DNA of 63,697 nucleotides, counting the filler, from Chrysochromulina tobinii (Eukaryota), in assembly GCA_001275005.1 (NCBI GenBank). It is 7 parts of 7 records of this genome, joined end to end, with 100 filler letters (N's around TTAATTAATTAA, not from the genome) between each part and the next. Parts side by side here need not be neighbours in the genome. Positions count along the whole stretch, not along the records: positions 41,276 to 52,798 come from JWZX01000976.1; positions 52,899 to 55,321 come from JWZX01000979.1; 5 more parts are not named here. One strand, written 5' to 3'. Under the pieces are notes generated by a model. That model was not told the origin of the DNA, made no database searches, and worked only from the letters and a program-made list of their open reading frames with translations. A program made the translations under genes and the position numbers. Shown one piece after another: positions 42,250-52,991 of this stretch; the stretch's first letter is position 1; each line of letters begins with the position of its first letter.

Positions 42250-43635
42250 TTGTACGCGGAAGTGTGTGCGTGCTTCTGGATGCGAAGAGGTGGTACGCGT
42301 GGGGGTGAAAACACCACGGCAACGTGGACCGCACGGTGGCACCGTCACATCGAATGGCAACGGCAGTTGCTCGTCAACTTAGCAGCAGGCAAAACGCCGC
42401 CGCGTGCGCCACGCTTCTTAGTGCTGCGCCCAGGCGATAAGCTCACTGTCTGTGATGCGAGCGGCATGCATGATCTGCGAGGTCAGTGCTACCGTGGAAC
42501 CCCGCCGTCAAGACGCCGTCCACTCGATGGCGAGCACTGGGATGCCTTCATGACCAGTGGCAACGCAAAGCTCATGCGCCCGTTGCCTGGCTTGGGCAAC
42601 GTTGCGCTGTCGCTTGTATCCGCTGCCATCACGGCCGTGGTATCGCGCCGTGTTTTACTGCTCGAGAACTTTTCGGCACCGTCGCAAAGTTTCGGCTCGC
42701 CCATGCGCGATTTGATCCTCGAGAGTAACGGCTGGGCGCCGCACATGGCCGAAGCTGCTCAGTTGGGTGGGATGACGGACAGCTGGGCTGCCCATGACGA
42801 CCAGAGTGCCTTCGCAGACTTGTGCCGCGCCAACTTGCGCTCATGGCCGCCGTCGCGCGTGTGGCGCATCTGGTCGAACCAGTACTTTGCGCCGCTGCTG
42901 CTGCTCAACCCGCACCACGCACTGCATGTCGAGGCGATGGCAGAGCTACTGGGCGCCGGGAGCGAGGAGAGCAGCAGCGGTGGCGGCGTCGGCGAGAGGA
43001 GCCTGTGGACGCCCGCGATCCGCTCGATGTGGGTGCCGCGGCCTGAGCTGCTTGCGGAGCTCAGTGGCTTCGCCACGCGTCATCGATTGGACGTCACCCC
43101 ATTCGTCGCCATGCACGTACGCATGCCGCTCAAGGCCAAGCAGATGGAGAACGTCGCTCGGTGCGCACGTGAACGGCTTGCAGCGAACAATGCTTCGACT
43201 CTTTTTCTCGCCACGCTCTTTGGAGCCAATCGCCGCATGCTCAAGCAGTCGCTGAGCGAAAGCGGCCTTGCGCTCGTGTGGTTCGGTCGCACGCTCGAGG
43301 CGCAGGCTGAATCGAAGGCGGGATCAGACGCGGCGCTCGCGGACATGTGGCTCATGGGGCGGGCGCGAGAAGTGATGGTCAACGCAGGGTCCACGTTTGG
43401 ATATGTGGCGCAGGGGCTGAGCGGCGGGCGGGCGACGCGCTACGGCGGCACCCACACGTCATCGCAATTCGTTGGTGACGTGGGGCCGAACGACTGCCGT
43501 GATGTAGGCACCACCGAGGCCTCCTTTCACCTGCTGCCGCAGGCGACGCGTGCCTCGACGGCGTGCCGGGCTGGCGAGCGCGAGGCGCGGCGCCGGTCGT
43601 CGGCGCTTTATGCGAGCTCGACTGTGAAGCACTAG
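42250..43635 (+). CDS. Fucosyltransferase-like glycosyltransferase (GT-B; GT37/GT23-like motifs)
   Basis: GLGNVALSLVSA, VAMHVR, LFLAT and ALADMWLMG...STFGYVAQGL correspond to the conserved fucosyltransferase motifs. Start uncertain. Confidence 0.7.
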   Translation: MYAEVCACFWMRRGGTRGGENTTATWTARWHRHIEWQRQLLVNLAAGKTPPRAPRFLVLRPGDKLTVCDASGMHDLRGQCYRGTPPSRRRPLDGEHWDAFMTSGNAKLMRPLPGLGNVALSLVSAAITAVVSRRVLLLENFSAPSQSFGSPMRDLILESNGWAPHMAEAAQLGGMTDSWAAHDDQSAFADLCRANLRSWPPSRVWRIWSNQYFAPLLLLNPHHALHVEAMAELLGAGSEESSSGGGVGERSLWTPAIRSMWVPRPELLAELSGFATRHRLDVTPFVAMHVRMPLKAKQMENVARCARERLAANNASTLFLATLFGANRRMLKQSLSESGLALVWFGRTLEAQAESKAGSDAALADMWLMGRAREVMVNAGSTFGYVAQGLSGGRATRYGGTHTSSQFVGDVGPNDCRDVGTTEASFHLLPQATRASTACRAGEREARRRSSALYASSTVKH

Positions 43636-43792
43636 TGCGGTGTTCGGGGGGGGTTCGTGGCTACTTAAGTCTTTTGTCAAGCAATTCAAGTCTATGCTAA
43701 CACGATTCAAGACACGATTTTGAGACTAGTACACACACGCTCCAGTAGCCTCAAAGCCATAAGCCTTTAATTATTGACGAAATACGGCCATA

Positions 43793-43823
43793 CTTGACTT
43801 GACTTGACTTGACTTGACTTGAC
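43793..43823. repeat. (GACTT)n microsatellite, reverse complement of AAGTC
   Basis: cttgacttgacttgacttgacttgactttgact, about 30 nt upstream of the ATG at 43856. Confidence 0.9.
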
Positions 43824-43855
43824 TCGCTGCGTGGCGGACCGAGCCTCCAGAGATC

Positions 43856-44605
43856 ATGCCGCTCGGACCCGCGCTGTTCGCGGCGATCAGTGTCGGTCTG
43901 CATTTACACGCTCGTGTCGCCTGCCCGAGGGCGCTTGAACCGATTGCAAGCGCGGTCACGGAGCGCGTTCTCGCGTTTCCCCTCCAGAGCTCTGGGTTCG
44001 GTTTGACATCGCCATCGGTCAGGACAGCCGCTGAAGGGGCCATGGTAGTGCCATCGCTGCCGCTTTTGACCGAGGAAGAGCACCAGAAGTTGCTCAGTGG
44101 TGAACGGTTACGCTGGCAGCAGCCTCCTAGCGAGGGTGGCATCGGTTCGGGCTTTGCAGTTTGCGAGGTACGGGCGAACGCAGACGAGGTGTGGCGCGCC
44201 GTCAGTGCCTTTGACAGGTACAGCGAGCTCATTTCGACGGTGCGAACTGCGGAGCTGTACGAAGGGCCAGAGGACGGTCCACCCGCGCCTGGCACGAGCG
44301 TGTGCCGCTATAGCTTCCTGGTTAGCCGCATCCGACTGAAGCTCGATGTGCGCTTTACCGTGGACAATGCGCAACGCTTTGCAATGTGGCAGCTCGATCG
44401 GCAAAGCTGGGTCTTATCCGATTCGACGGGCTACTGGCACGTGCAGCAGCTTGACGACCGCCCCGAGGTCGTTCGCGTGTGGTTTTGCGTCTCCGTCAAG
44501 CTGAGCAAGCGTGTCCCGGGCTTTGTCGTTCGTCTGGTGTCGCGGCTTGGTTTGGACAAAGCGACGCGATGGTTGAAGGCTCTGGAAACAAGCTGCGACA
44601 TGTAG
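43856..44605 (+). CDS. SRPBCC/polyketide-cyclase (START-like) domain protein
   Basis: EVRANADEVWRAVSAFDRYSELI ... WQLDR...LSDSTGYWHV ... VPGFVVRLV...ATRWLK; N-terminal signal-like segment. Confidence 0.75.
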   Translation: MPLGPALFAAISVGLHLHARVACPRALEPIASAVTERVLAFPLQSSGFGLTSPSVRTAAEGAMVVPSLPLLTEEEHQKLLSGERLRWQQPPSEGGIGSGFAVCEVRANADEVWRAVSAFDRYSELISTVRTAELYEGPEDGPPAPGTSVCRYSFLVSRIRLKLDVRFTVDNAQRFAMWQLDRQSWVLSDSTGYWHVQQLDDRPEVVRVWFCVSVKLSKRVPGFVVRLVSRLGLDKATRWLKALETSCDM

Positions 44606-44874
44606 ACATATAGTGCGAGCAATGATTGACACCGTGGACGAGGCAGCAAGAGCCCCCAGTATTTTTATATCAATCCCGTCCCGCTAAAAACGAGTAACCG
44701 AAAACCGTCCCCGCGCGCGCGGTGCACGGACCGGGGGGTCCGTGTCCCGCGGGCCTGTTTTAGATGCAAAGTCGTTCAATATACATTAACCCCAGGAGGA
44801 GCCATCGAGGGCTGCGCGCGGGTCGACCTGGGAAACATTCCTATAATCCCCGGCGCGGTGGCAGGCGCAGGAGA

Positions 44875-45324
44875 TTAGATGACCTGGTAAGCGACGCCAG
44901 CGTCGCCGCCTCCGCCGATGGTGAACATTTTGCCCCCCGGGCCGCGGCGCGACGACAGGGACTTGTGCATGAACTCCTCACACCTCCGCCGAATGTACTC
45001 CTCCTCCGTCTCCTCCTTCTTGATCGCCGAAGATGCCTCCACTGGCTTGGGCTGGCCCGGCTTGGGAATGGGCGTGATCTTGGGGTGTAGGGGCTCACCC
45101 ATGACCGTCCACTGCGTGTAGTCCTCAAGCGCATCCTCGATCGGGTGCCGGTCTCTTTTCGCCTTGAGGTAGGCGTACGTCTCTGGGTAGTTGCAGCGGA
45201 TCGCGGCCGACTCCTGCAGTGCACAGAGGCGGCGCGCGGGCGGGCGGTGAGGTGTGTGGCGACCGCGAAGCATGGTCGTTGCGAGCCTCGCCGCCGCATC
45301 GCGAAGGACGGGACGCATTACCAT
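44875..45324 (-). CDS. Small hypothetical protein, probable mitochondrial presequence
   Basis: Arg-rich N-terminus MRPVLRDAAARLATTMLRGR; host-like codon usage; head-to-head with Hydin. Confidence 0.55.
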   Translation of the reverse strand: MVMRPVLRDAAARLATTMLRGRHTPHRPPARRLCALQESAAIRCNYPETYAYLKAKRDRHPIEDALEDYTQWTVMGEPLHPKITPIPKPGQPKPVEASSAIKKEETEEEYIRRRCEEFMHKSLSSRRGPGGKMFTIGGGGDAGVAYQVI

Positions 45325-45474
45325 GCTGAACGAAAGAAACGAGTCGCCTCTGCGCTCAGGGAAAATGACAGTTTTCATCGCGGATTGCTCCGCAGTCGTT
45401 GAGCAAGTGCGACGACTCACTTGCCGCCGGCAGGGAGGTGGTCGACACCGGCCAATCGGCGTTGCGCATCAGCT

Positions 45475-48400
45475 ATGCCCGCAGGCATCAGGTCCAAGGA
45501 CGCACCCACCATGCGCACGCTGCCGTCGCATCTTCGCTATGCGAAGCTGTCGGCCGATCTTCCTGCGGAGCCGAAGCGGACGCCCAGCGAGCTCTCGGCC
45601 GAGCTTCATGGCCTGGCCAAGCCGGCGGCGGCGCTGCAGCGGCCTCGCGTCGTCGCGCTGCTCAACATGTCGGAGTTCACACACAATGTGGACTCGGTCG
45701 TACCGCTCGACGAGCCGATCTTCCAGCCGAGCCCGCCCGAGGTCGTCTTTGACGCGTTTGAGGCGCACAGCAAGTACACAGCCACCCTGCGCTTCCGCAA
45801 CAACGACAATGTCAACCGGCGTCTCAAAGTGCTCAAGGTCGATTCGGTGCACTTCGAAGTGGTGCCGCCCAAAGGCACCGCCGCGGGTGGCAGCAAGGTG
45901 GCGCCCGGCATGGAGGTCGCTTATCAGATCATCTTCACGCCGCGTGCTGAGCACGACCACGCGTGCGAGCTCGTGTGCCTCTCGGAGCGCGAAAAGTTCG
46001 TCGTGATGATCTCTGCGCGCGGCCCGCGGCCGTGCTTCGAATTTCCCGACGGCGTCGACTTTGGGCTGCAGCCGGTGCGCGCGAACGCATCCGAAGCCTT
46101 CCTGCTGCGGAACACAGGAAAGGCGGATGGTCGCTTCGTGCTTTCGGTGCCGGCGCCCTTTTCAGTGACGCCGTCCGATGGCGCCCTCAAGGCGGGCGGG
46201 GCGATGCAGCTCACCTTCGACTTCAAGCCGGAGCTTTGCGGCGAGTACGCCGAGGAGCTCCTGATCGAGTACGACTCGGGCGAGCGCTGCTTCGCGCGTC
46301 TCGCAGGCGCCTCGAGCGACGTCGAGGTGGGCCTCGAGCGCTCTCTGCTCGTGCTCGAGCCGTGCTACATCTCGCTGCTCTCGCAGACAACGCTCAAGCT
46401 GCACAATCGGAGCGACGTGAAGGTCCACTTCTCGTGGAAGGCTCTGCGCTCCGCTGCCGAGGACGAGCAGCGGCGCACTGACGGCCTCATCGCCCTCGAC
46501 GACGCAGCTGGCTCGATGCCCGCTCACGCGCTGCGCACGCAGCGGCGGCTCGTCGAGGAGGACCCGCTCCCTTTTGCGGACGCCATCTTCGCAGTAGAGC
46601 CGCTCGAGGGCGAGATCTTCCCCAACTCGTACTGCGAGCTTACCATCGCCTTCCGCCCGCAGAACGCGGGTGAGGCTGCCGTGACCGCTTACTGCGAGAT
46701 CACCGGCCGCGAGACGCGCCTGCCGCTCACGCTCCAAGGGCGTGGCCTCGGCCCGAAGGCGCTGTGGCTGTACGATTCGCTCGACATCGGCGACGTGTAC
46801 GTCAACTCGGAGCACAAGTACGAGGTGGTCCTCGAGAACCATGGTGATATCGACTGCGACTACAGCCTCACGCCCAACGACTCTCTCTTCGCCTCGCGCT
46901 TCTCCTTCTCGCCCACCGCGGGCCACCTGCGCTCGCGCCAGCAGCAGATGGTCGAGGTGCGATTCCTCTCCGATCTGCTGGGCGAGCTCAATGAGACCTT
47001 CGTGTGGAAGCTGCATGGGCAGCCCGACCCGCTGCCGCTCGTCCTCAAAGGGCGCGTGGTCGCGCCGTCGTTCCACTTCGACGACTCGGCCAAAGAGGGC
47101 ATCCACTTTGGCGATGTGTCGCTCGGCTTCCTGAACAGCGTGGACTTCACGCTGACCAACACCTCCGAGATCCCGATGCGCTTCCGGCTGCGCATCCCGA
47201 ATGAGCACGGGGAGGAGCACGATCAGTTCGATGTGCAGCCGAGCGCGGGCATCATCTTGCCGCATGGAGAGCAGCAGCTCCGCCTCAACTTCATCGCCAC
47301 GGCGGTCTCCAAGTACAATCTGTCGATGCTCGTCGACGTCGAGGCGGTGGGCGATTCGCTGCTCTCGCTCCCCATCACGGCCATGTGCCTCGCGCCCGGC
47401 ATCAAGCCCTCGGCCGATGCGCTCGATTACGGCGACGCCTTCATCAACCACACCTACTCGCTGCCGCTCACCATCTTCAACCCGTCGCACCTGCCTGCCA
47501 AGTTTGAGGTCATCGACGAGGCGCCGATGCTCAAGGCGATTGGCGAGCATGAGGTGACGCCGCACAATGGCCAGATCGCGGCCAAGGGGAAGGTGGACGT
47601 GGTTGTCAGATTCACCACGCGCCGGCTCGGCCCGATGTCGCTGCCGCTCTACGTGCGCATCGTGGGCCTCGAGGAGGCGGCCTTCCAGGTGGAGCTGAAT
47701 GCAACATCCATCGGGCCCAAGGTGGTGCTCGCGCAGCCCAAGCTCGACTGGGGCAAGGCGCCCGTGCTCACCGACGTGCCTCGCAGCCTCGGCCTCGACA
47801 ACCAGTCGCTCATCCCCGCCGTCTTCAAGGCATTGCTCCGCCGGAGTGATGGTCCCTTCGCACTCACCGAGAAGGAGTTCATCATGGCGCCCGGCGAGAA
47901 GCGCGAGCTCGTGCTCACCGCACACACAGACGACACCGTCAAGACGACCAACGACCTGATCCTGCAAATCAAGTACGCGCCGGAGGTCGTGGTCCCGCTC
48001 GTGGCGACGGGCATTGGCGCAACGATCTCGGCGTCGCGCAACATGGCGAGCATCTCCTTTGGGGAGTGCTTCTCTTCGCGCATCCTCAAGGAGGAGTTCA
48101 CGCTCGAGAACAAGGGCCGCCGGCCGCAGGTGCTCACGTGGGTCAACCAGGTGACCATCCCACCGCCCAAGGACAAGAAGAACCCCGATGCCGAGGTGAA
48201 GATGCCCATTCCCGCCTTCAGCATCACGCCCGATAAGGCGATCATCGAGCCGGGTGCCTCGTGCGTCTTCACAGTACAGGCGCTCTCGAAGACTGCGGGC
48301 GAGCGCATGGAGAAGTTTGTGTGCGCGGCCCAGGTGCAGGGCGGCCAGGGCAAGCCCGAGCCTCTGTACGAGACGGCGGCCTCGTGCACCTTCATCGAGC

Positions 48401-51400
48401 CGCTCGTCGAGGCGACCCCCTCCGTCCTCGAGTACGGGTACTCCTACAAGCCGGGCGACGAGGCCGCGCCGGTGCCCGCGCAGACGAGGCGCCTCAGCCT
48501 GAAGAACACGTCTCCCCTCGCGCTCACGATGCTGCTCAAGACGCCGCCCCCCTTCTCGGCGTCCAAGTCGGAGATCTTCCTCGCCCCCGACGACGTGGGC
48601 AATGTCATCATCTCCTACGACCCGAACTACCCCGGCGATCTCGTCTCGCGCGCCTTCACGGACACGCGGCTGCAGCTGGAGTTCAAGGAGCACCCGCAGA
48701 AGGTCTTCGTCAGCCTGCAGGCACAGACGCACTTCCCCAACCTGGCCATGAGCCTCACCGAGGGCGCCTTTGGCTGCCTGCTCAACGAGTCGCCCGCCAA
48801 GCAGGTGATGCAGCTCACCAACACGTCCAAGGTGGGTGCGTACTACGCGTGGACCTTTGCGCAGGGCGAGGGCGTGTCGAACCCGTCCGAGCCGCACCTC
48901 GCATTCGACATCCTTCCCATCCGCGGCTACCTCGAGGCAGGTGCGAACGAGACGATCGAGCTGCTCTTCAAGGGCGGCAGCTTCGCCAAGGCGCGCGCCA
49001 TCGCGTTGTGCGAGGTCGTGGGCGGCCCCACGTACGAGCTGCCGCTCTCGGGCGACACCTCCGAGATCAAGTACTCGCTGTCCGAGTCGCGCGTCGATTT
49101 TGGCATGCAGTCCTACGAGCGGGTCGAGGAGCGCGAGCTCTTTTTGCAGAACACGGGCAAGGTGCTCTTCTCGATGACCCTCGACAAGTCAGTGCTCTCG
49201 CGCAAGAACGTGGTCGAGGTGCTTCCCGAGAAGGCCGACGTCAAGCCCGGCGAGAAGCTCAGGATCCTCGTGCGCTGCCTGGCCGGGCTGCCGACCAAGC
49301 TGACCGAGTCTTTCTTCCTCAACATCGCCCACTTCCCACCCGAGGAGGTCGTGGTCACCGTCGAGGGCATTTACCCGCGCATCTCCCTCAACCTGCCGCG
49401 TGATCGCTCGGAAAAGTACGCCGGGTTCTTCGTCGAGGCCGAGGCGAAGGTCGCCGCCGAGAGGGCCAAGGAAGAGGCCGAGAAGGCGGGCGTGCCTCTC
49501 GAGCCCGAGGACGCGCCGCTCGCCGAGCTCACGCCGGCCGAGGTGTGCACCAAACTGAGCGGCAGCTTCGCCGGCTTCAAGTCGCTGCTCGAGAGCTGGG
49601 GCAAGCTCGTCGAGGGCGCGACCATCGGCCGCGACGACTTCCGCATCGCGGTGCTCTCCACACTTGGCAGCACCGCCACCGCAGCGGCCGCCAACGGCAC
49701 CTTCACTCACCTGACGGGTGGCGAGGAGGCGGTCGATGTGACCGGTGGCGCTGCGCCGGCGGCCGAGCTCGGTGTCGCCGTGCTGCTGGAGGCGTGCAAG
49801 CCACCCAAGACGAAGCGCGTGGACTACGTCCGAGTCGCGGCTGGCGCTGGCGAGGGCGGAGAGGTCGTTGTCGCCCAGGTGGGCGCGCAGCTGGACGCCG
49901 AGGAGGACGAGGACGAGCCGGGCTCCCCGCGCCCGCTCGGCACGACGCTCGGCGAGACGGCCGGCACGATCGCGTCACCGCCGTTGACGGGGCGCGCGTC
50001 GATGCGCTCCGGCATGTCGGGCCTTCGCGTCGCCTTCAATGACTCGGACGTGGATGTCGAGGCTGAGCGCCTCTTCCTGTCGGCGTATGCGAGCAATGTG
50101 CTCTCGCGCCACGGCGCCGAGGGCGGCCTCCTCATGCCACCGAACACAGGCGCGAGCCGTGCCTCCTCGGCTGGTAAGGGCCGGTACGCGCCCACCCTCG
50201 AGCCGCTCCCGCCGGTGCCGCCCGACTTTGTGCTCTCGACGTACGTGCTCGACTTTGGCCACGTCATCAAGGGCACGCAGAAGAAGAAGGTCTTCAAGCT
50301 GCGCAACGCGGGCTGGAACTACGTGTCGCTCGACATTGACAAGAACGCGATCGCGCCCTACGGCCTGCGCGTCGAGCCCGACAAGCTCGTCAAGCTCCCT
50401 GGCCTGCCCGACCCCGAGACGGCCGAGTTCACGGTCACCTTCGCCTCGAAGGCGCCCAAGGTGGGCCTCGGGCGCATGGTCCAGGAGCTTCGTCTACAGC
50501 TTAAGCCCGGGCCGCCCGTCGCCATCATCATCAAGGCGAACGTGACGATCCCCGAGGTCAAGGTCACTGTGCCCACGTCGATCACCGTGAGCAGCGTTGA
50601 GCCTAACTCGATCGACTATGGCAACGTCATCGTCGGCCAGTGCTTGACGGCCACGGTCGAGCTGTACAACCCCAAGGAGGTTGTGGCCGAGTGGAAGGTC
50701 AACCCGCCGCTCGAGAATGCCAAGGACTTTGACCGCTTCGTATGCCTGCCCGACTCGGGGAACCTGGCGCCCGGCGCGCGCCTCCAGATGCAGATCCGCT
50801 TCTCGCCCAACACCGAACGCCCCTTCGGCGTGCGGCTCATGATCAAGGTCGCCAACAACAACAAGCCCGTCTACCTTAACGTCATTGGCCAGGGCAAGGA
50901 ACTCAAGGTTGCCACGCAGCCCGACAGCGTGATGGTGCCCGCAGTGCAGCCGCATGCCGACGCGGCCTCGGCCTTCTTCCGACTGACCAACCCGTCCGAC
51001 TACCCGATCGAGGTGTACTCGTACGACTTTGACGGGTTGGTGGACGATAAGGAGCACGCCTTCCTGCAGTACGAGGCCATGGTGCGTGAGGACACGTCGG
51101 CGCCCACCGTGCAGAATGACGCGCTGCTGCTGCCGCTGCGTGAGCCGGGCGATCCCTTTTGGCAGTCGATCAGCGACGGGTACGAGGAGAGGAGAGCCGC
51201 CGCCTTGGCCGCGGAATTGGGGGAGGAGGTCCCGCCTCCACCGCCCGCGCCGGAGGCGGTGGGCGAGCTCGAGGCACCTCCGGAGCCAGTGGAGCCCAAG
51301 CAGCGCACGCTCATCATGCTCACGCCCGCGCCGCTCGCGCGCTCGGCTGAGCTCGCCAAGGAGCTCGCCTTCGCGTACCAGGTGCCCGCAGTGCTGCTCG

Positions 51401-52560
51401 CCGAGGTGGTGGCCGCTGAGGACAGACGGCTGCGCGACGAGGCGTGGGCCGCTCAAGAGGCGGCGCGCGAGGCCAGGGTGGCTGATGCGATGGCGGCGGC
51501 TGAGGCGGCGGGTACGGAGTACGTGCCCACCGAGGAGGATGAGTATGTGGAGCCCGAGGCGCCGCCAGCCCCGCTCGATCCGGCGAACATCAGCGGTTGC
51601 ATTGCTGCCGCCCTCTCGCGCGAGAAACGGCCCGATGGCGCGGTGATTGTGATGCCCGAGCAGCCCACGGTGTTTGCAACCAAGGAGCAGCTCCTCGAGG
51701 CCGTCGTGCTTGCGCTCGGCTACGCGCCACCGCCGCCGCCCGAGCCGCCACCGGATCCGAAGGCTAAGAAGGGCGCGCCGCCGCCGCCGCCGCCGCCGCC
51801 ATCGGCCGGTGAGCCGGTGTGGTCGTTCGCGCTCCAGACCACCCTGAAGGATGTGCCGCCACTGGCCGAGGGCGACGAGGGCTATGTGCCGCCGGCCGAG
51901 GGCGAGGCCCCAGCGCCGTGGCTGCCCAAGGGCGAGGAGACTGTCGAAGCGCGCGCGGCAGCACAGCTGGCGGCCGAGATCGACGCGATGCCCAAGCTCG
52001 GCCCGATCCCCGACGTGGAGGAGGAGGCGTACGAAGCGCTCGAGCCCACGGCGCGCGAGCACTTCGAGAGGAAGCGGCGCGAGCACCGGCGGCGCCTCGC
52101 CGTCGCCGAGGCCAAGGTGGCCGCGGCCAAGATGGCGTTTGCCTTCCGCCTTGTGCAGCTGCAAGAGGCGTCCGCAAGCTTCGCGTCCCTTGAGCAGGCA
52201 GCCTCGGCTAAATTCTTCGTCGCCCCGCCGGAGCCGCCCCCGCCGGAGCCCGAGCCTGAAGGGGGATGGCCCGAAGGCGAGGCGCCCGCGCCGTGGCGGC
52301 CGCCGAGAGGGCTGGCAGGCCACTATACGGTCGACGCGTCGCTGCCGCTCGACGCGGTGATGGAGCTCGTCGAGGCCTGCCTCTTTGAGCGGCCGCCCCC
52401 AATCCCCGACGTGCCGCCACCTCCCCCTATCCCTCTGCCCTTTGGCAACCAGATCCTCAAGCGCACGAAGCTGCGCGCGCAGCGCCCCGTGCCTACTGGT
52501 CTCCTCGACGATGCCGGCCGTGGGCGGCTGTACACGATCCCGCCGCCGCCGCCCAAGCCC
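45475..52560 (+). CDS. HYDIN: Hydin (axonemal central-pair protein), N-terminal ~2360 aa, truncated
   Basis: Tandem ASH/Ig-like domains ([10 protein letters not shown]...RRLKV...SKVAPGME...[52 protein letters not shown]). Intronless over 7 kb. Confidence 0.93.
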
Positions 52561-52563
52561 GAT

Positions 52564-52798
52564 GTAATGGGGTGCACGCTCGGAAAGTTCGTGATGGTCA
52601 CCAACTGCGGCGACCAGATGGACTTCCGCTCGCTCGGCAACATTTACAAAGGTGTGGCGATGGCCGGTCTCTGGAGTTGCTTCGACGAGTTCAACCGCAT
52701 CAACCTCGACGTGCTCTCGGTGGCGGCGCAGCAGGTGGGCTCCGTGCTCATGGCCGTCAAGATGGGCGCCCAAATGTTCCAGTTCACAGACGGCCAGA
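52564..52798 (+). CDS. Fragment of an axonemal dynein heavy chain AAA1 domain, in frame with Hydin
   Basis: [56 protein letters not shown]...FQFTDG is the canonical dynein AAA1 segment after Walker A. Confidence 0.9.
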
Positions 52799-52898
52799 NN
52801 NNNNNNNNNNNNNNNNNNNNNNNNNNNNNNNNNNNNNNNNNNTTAATTAATTAANNNNNNNNNNNNNNNNNNNNNNNNNNNNNNNNNNNNNNNNNNNN
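52799..52898. other. Artificial contig spacer
   Basis: N-run + TTAATTAATTAA + N-run. Confidence 0.99.
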
Positions 52899-52991
52899 CG
52901 GTTCACGCGCCTCTCATTTTCGAGGTCGATCGTCCGTTGGTTCAACTTAGCCTCGGCCCTATCCGCACGAGCTCTCTCCTGGTCAAAATTC

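Noticed and set aside
45469..52773. Long antisense ORFs (46162..48897, 50494..52773, also 8783..9814)
   Set aside because: Shadow frames produced by high GC3 codon bias of the sense genes; no recognisable domains.
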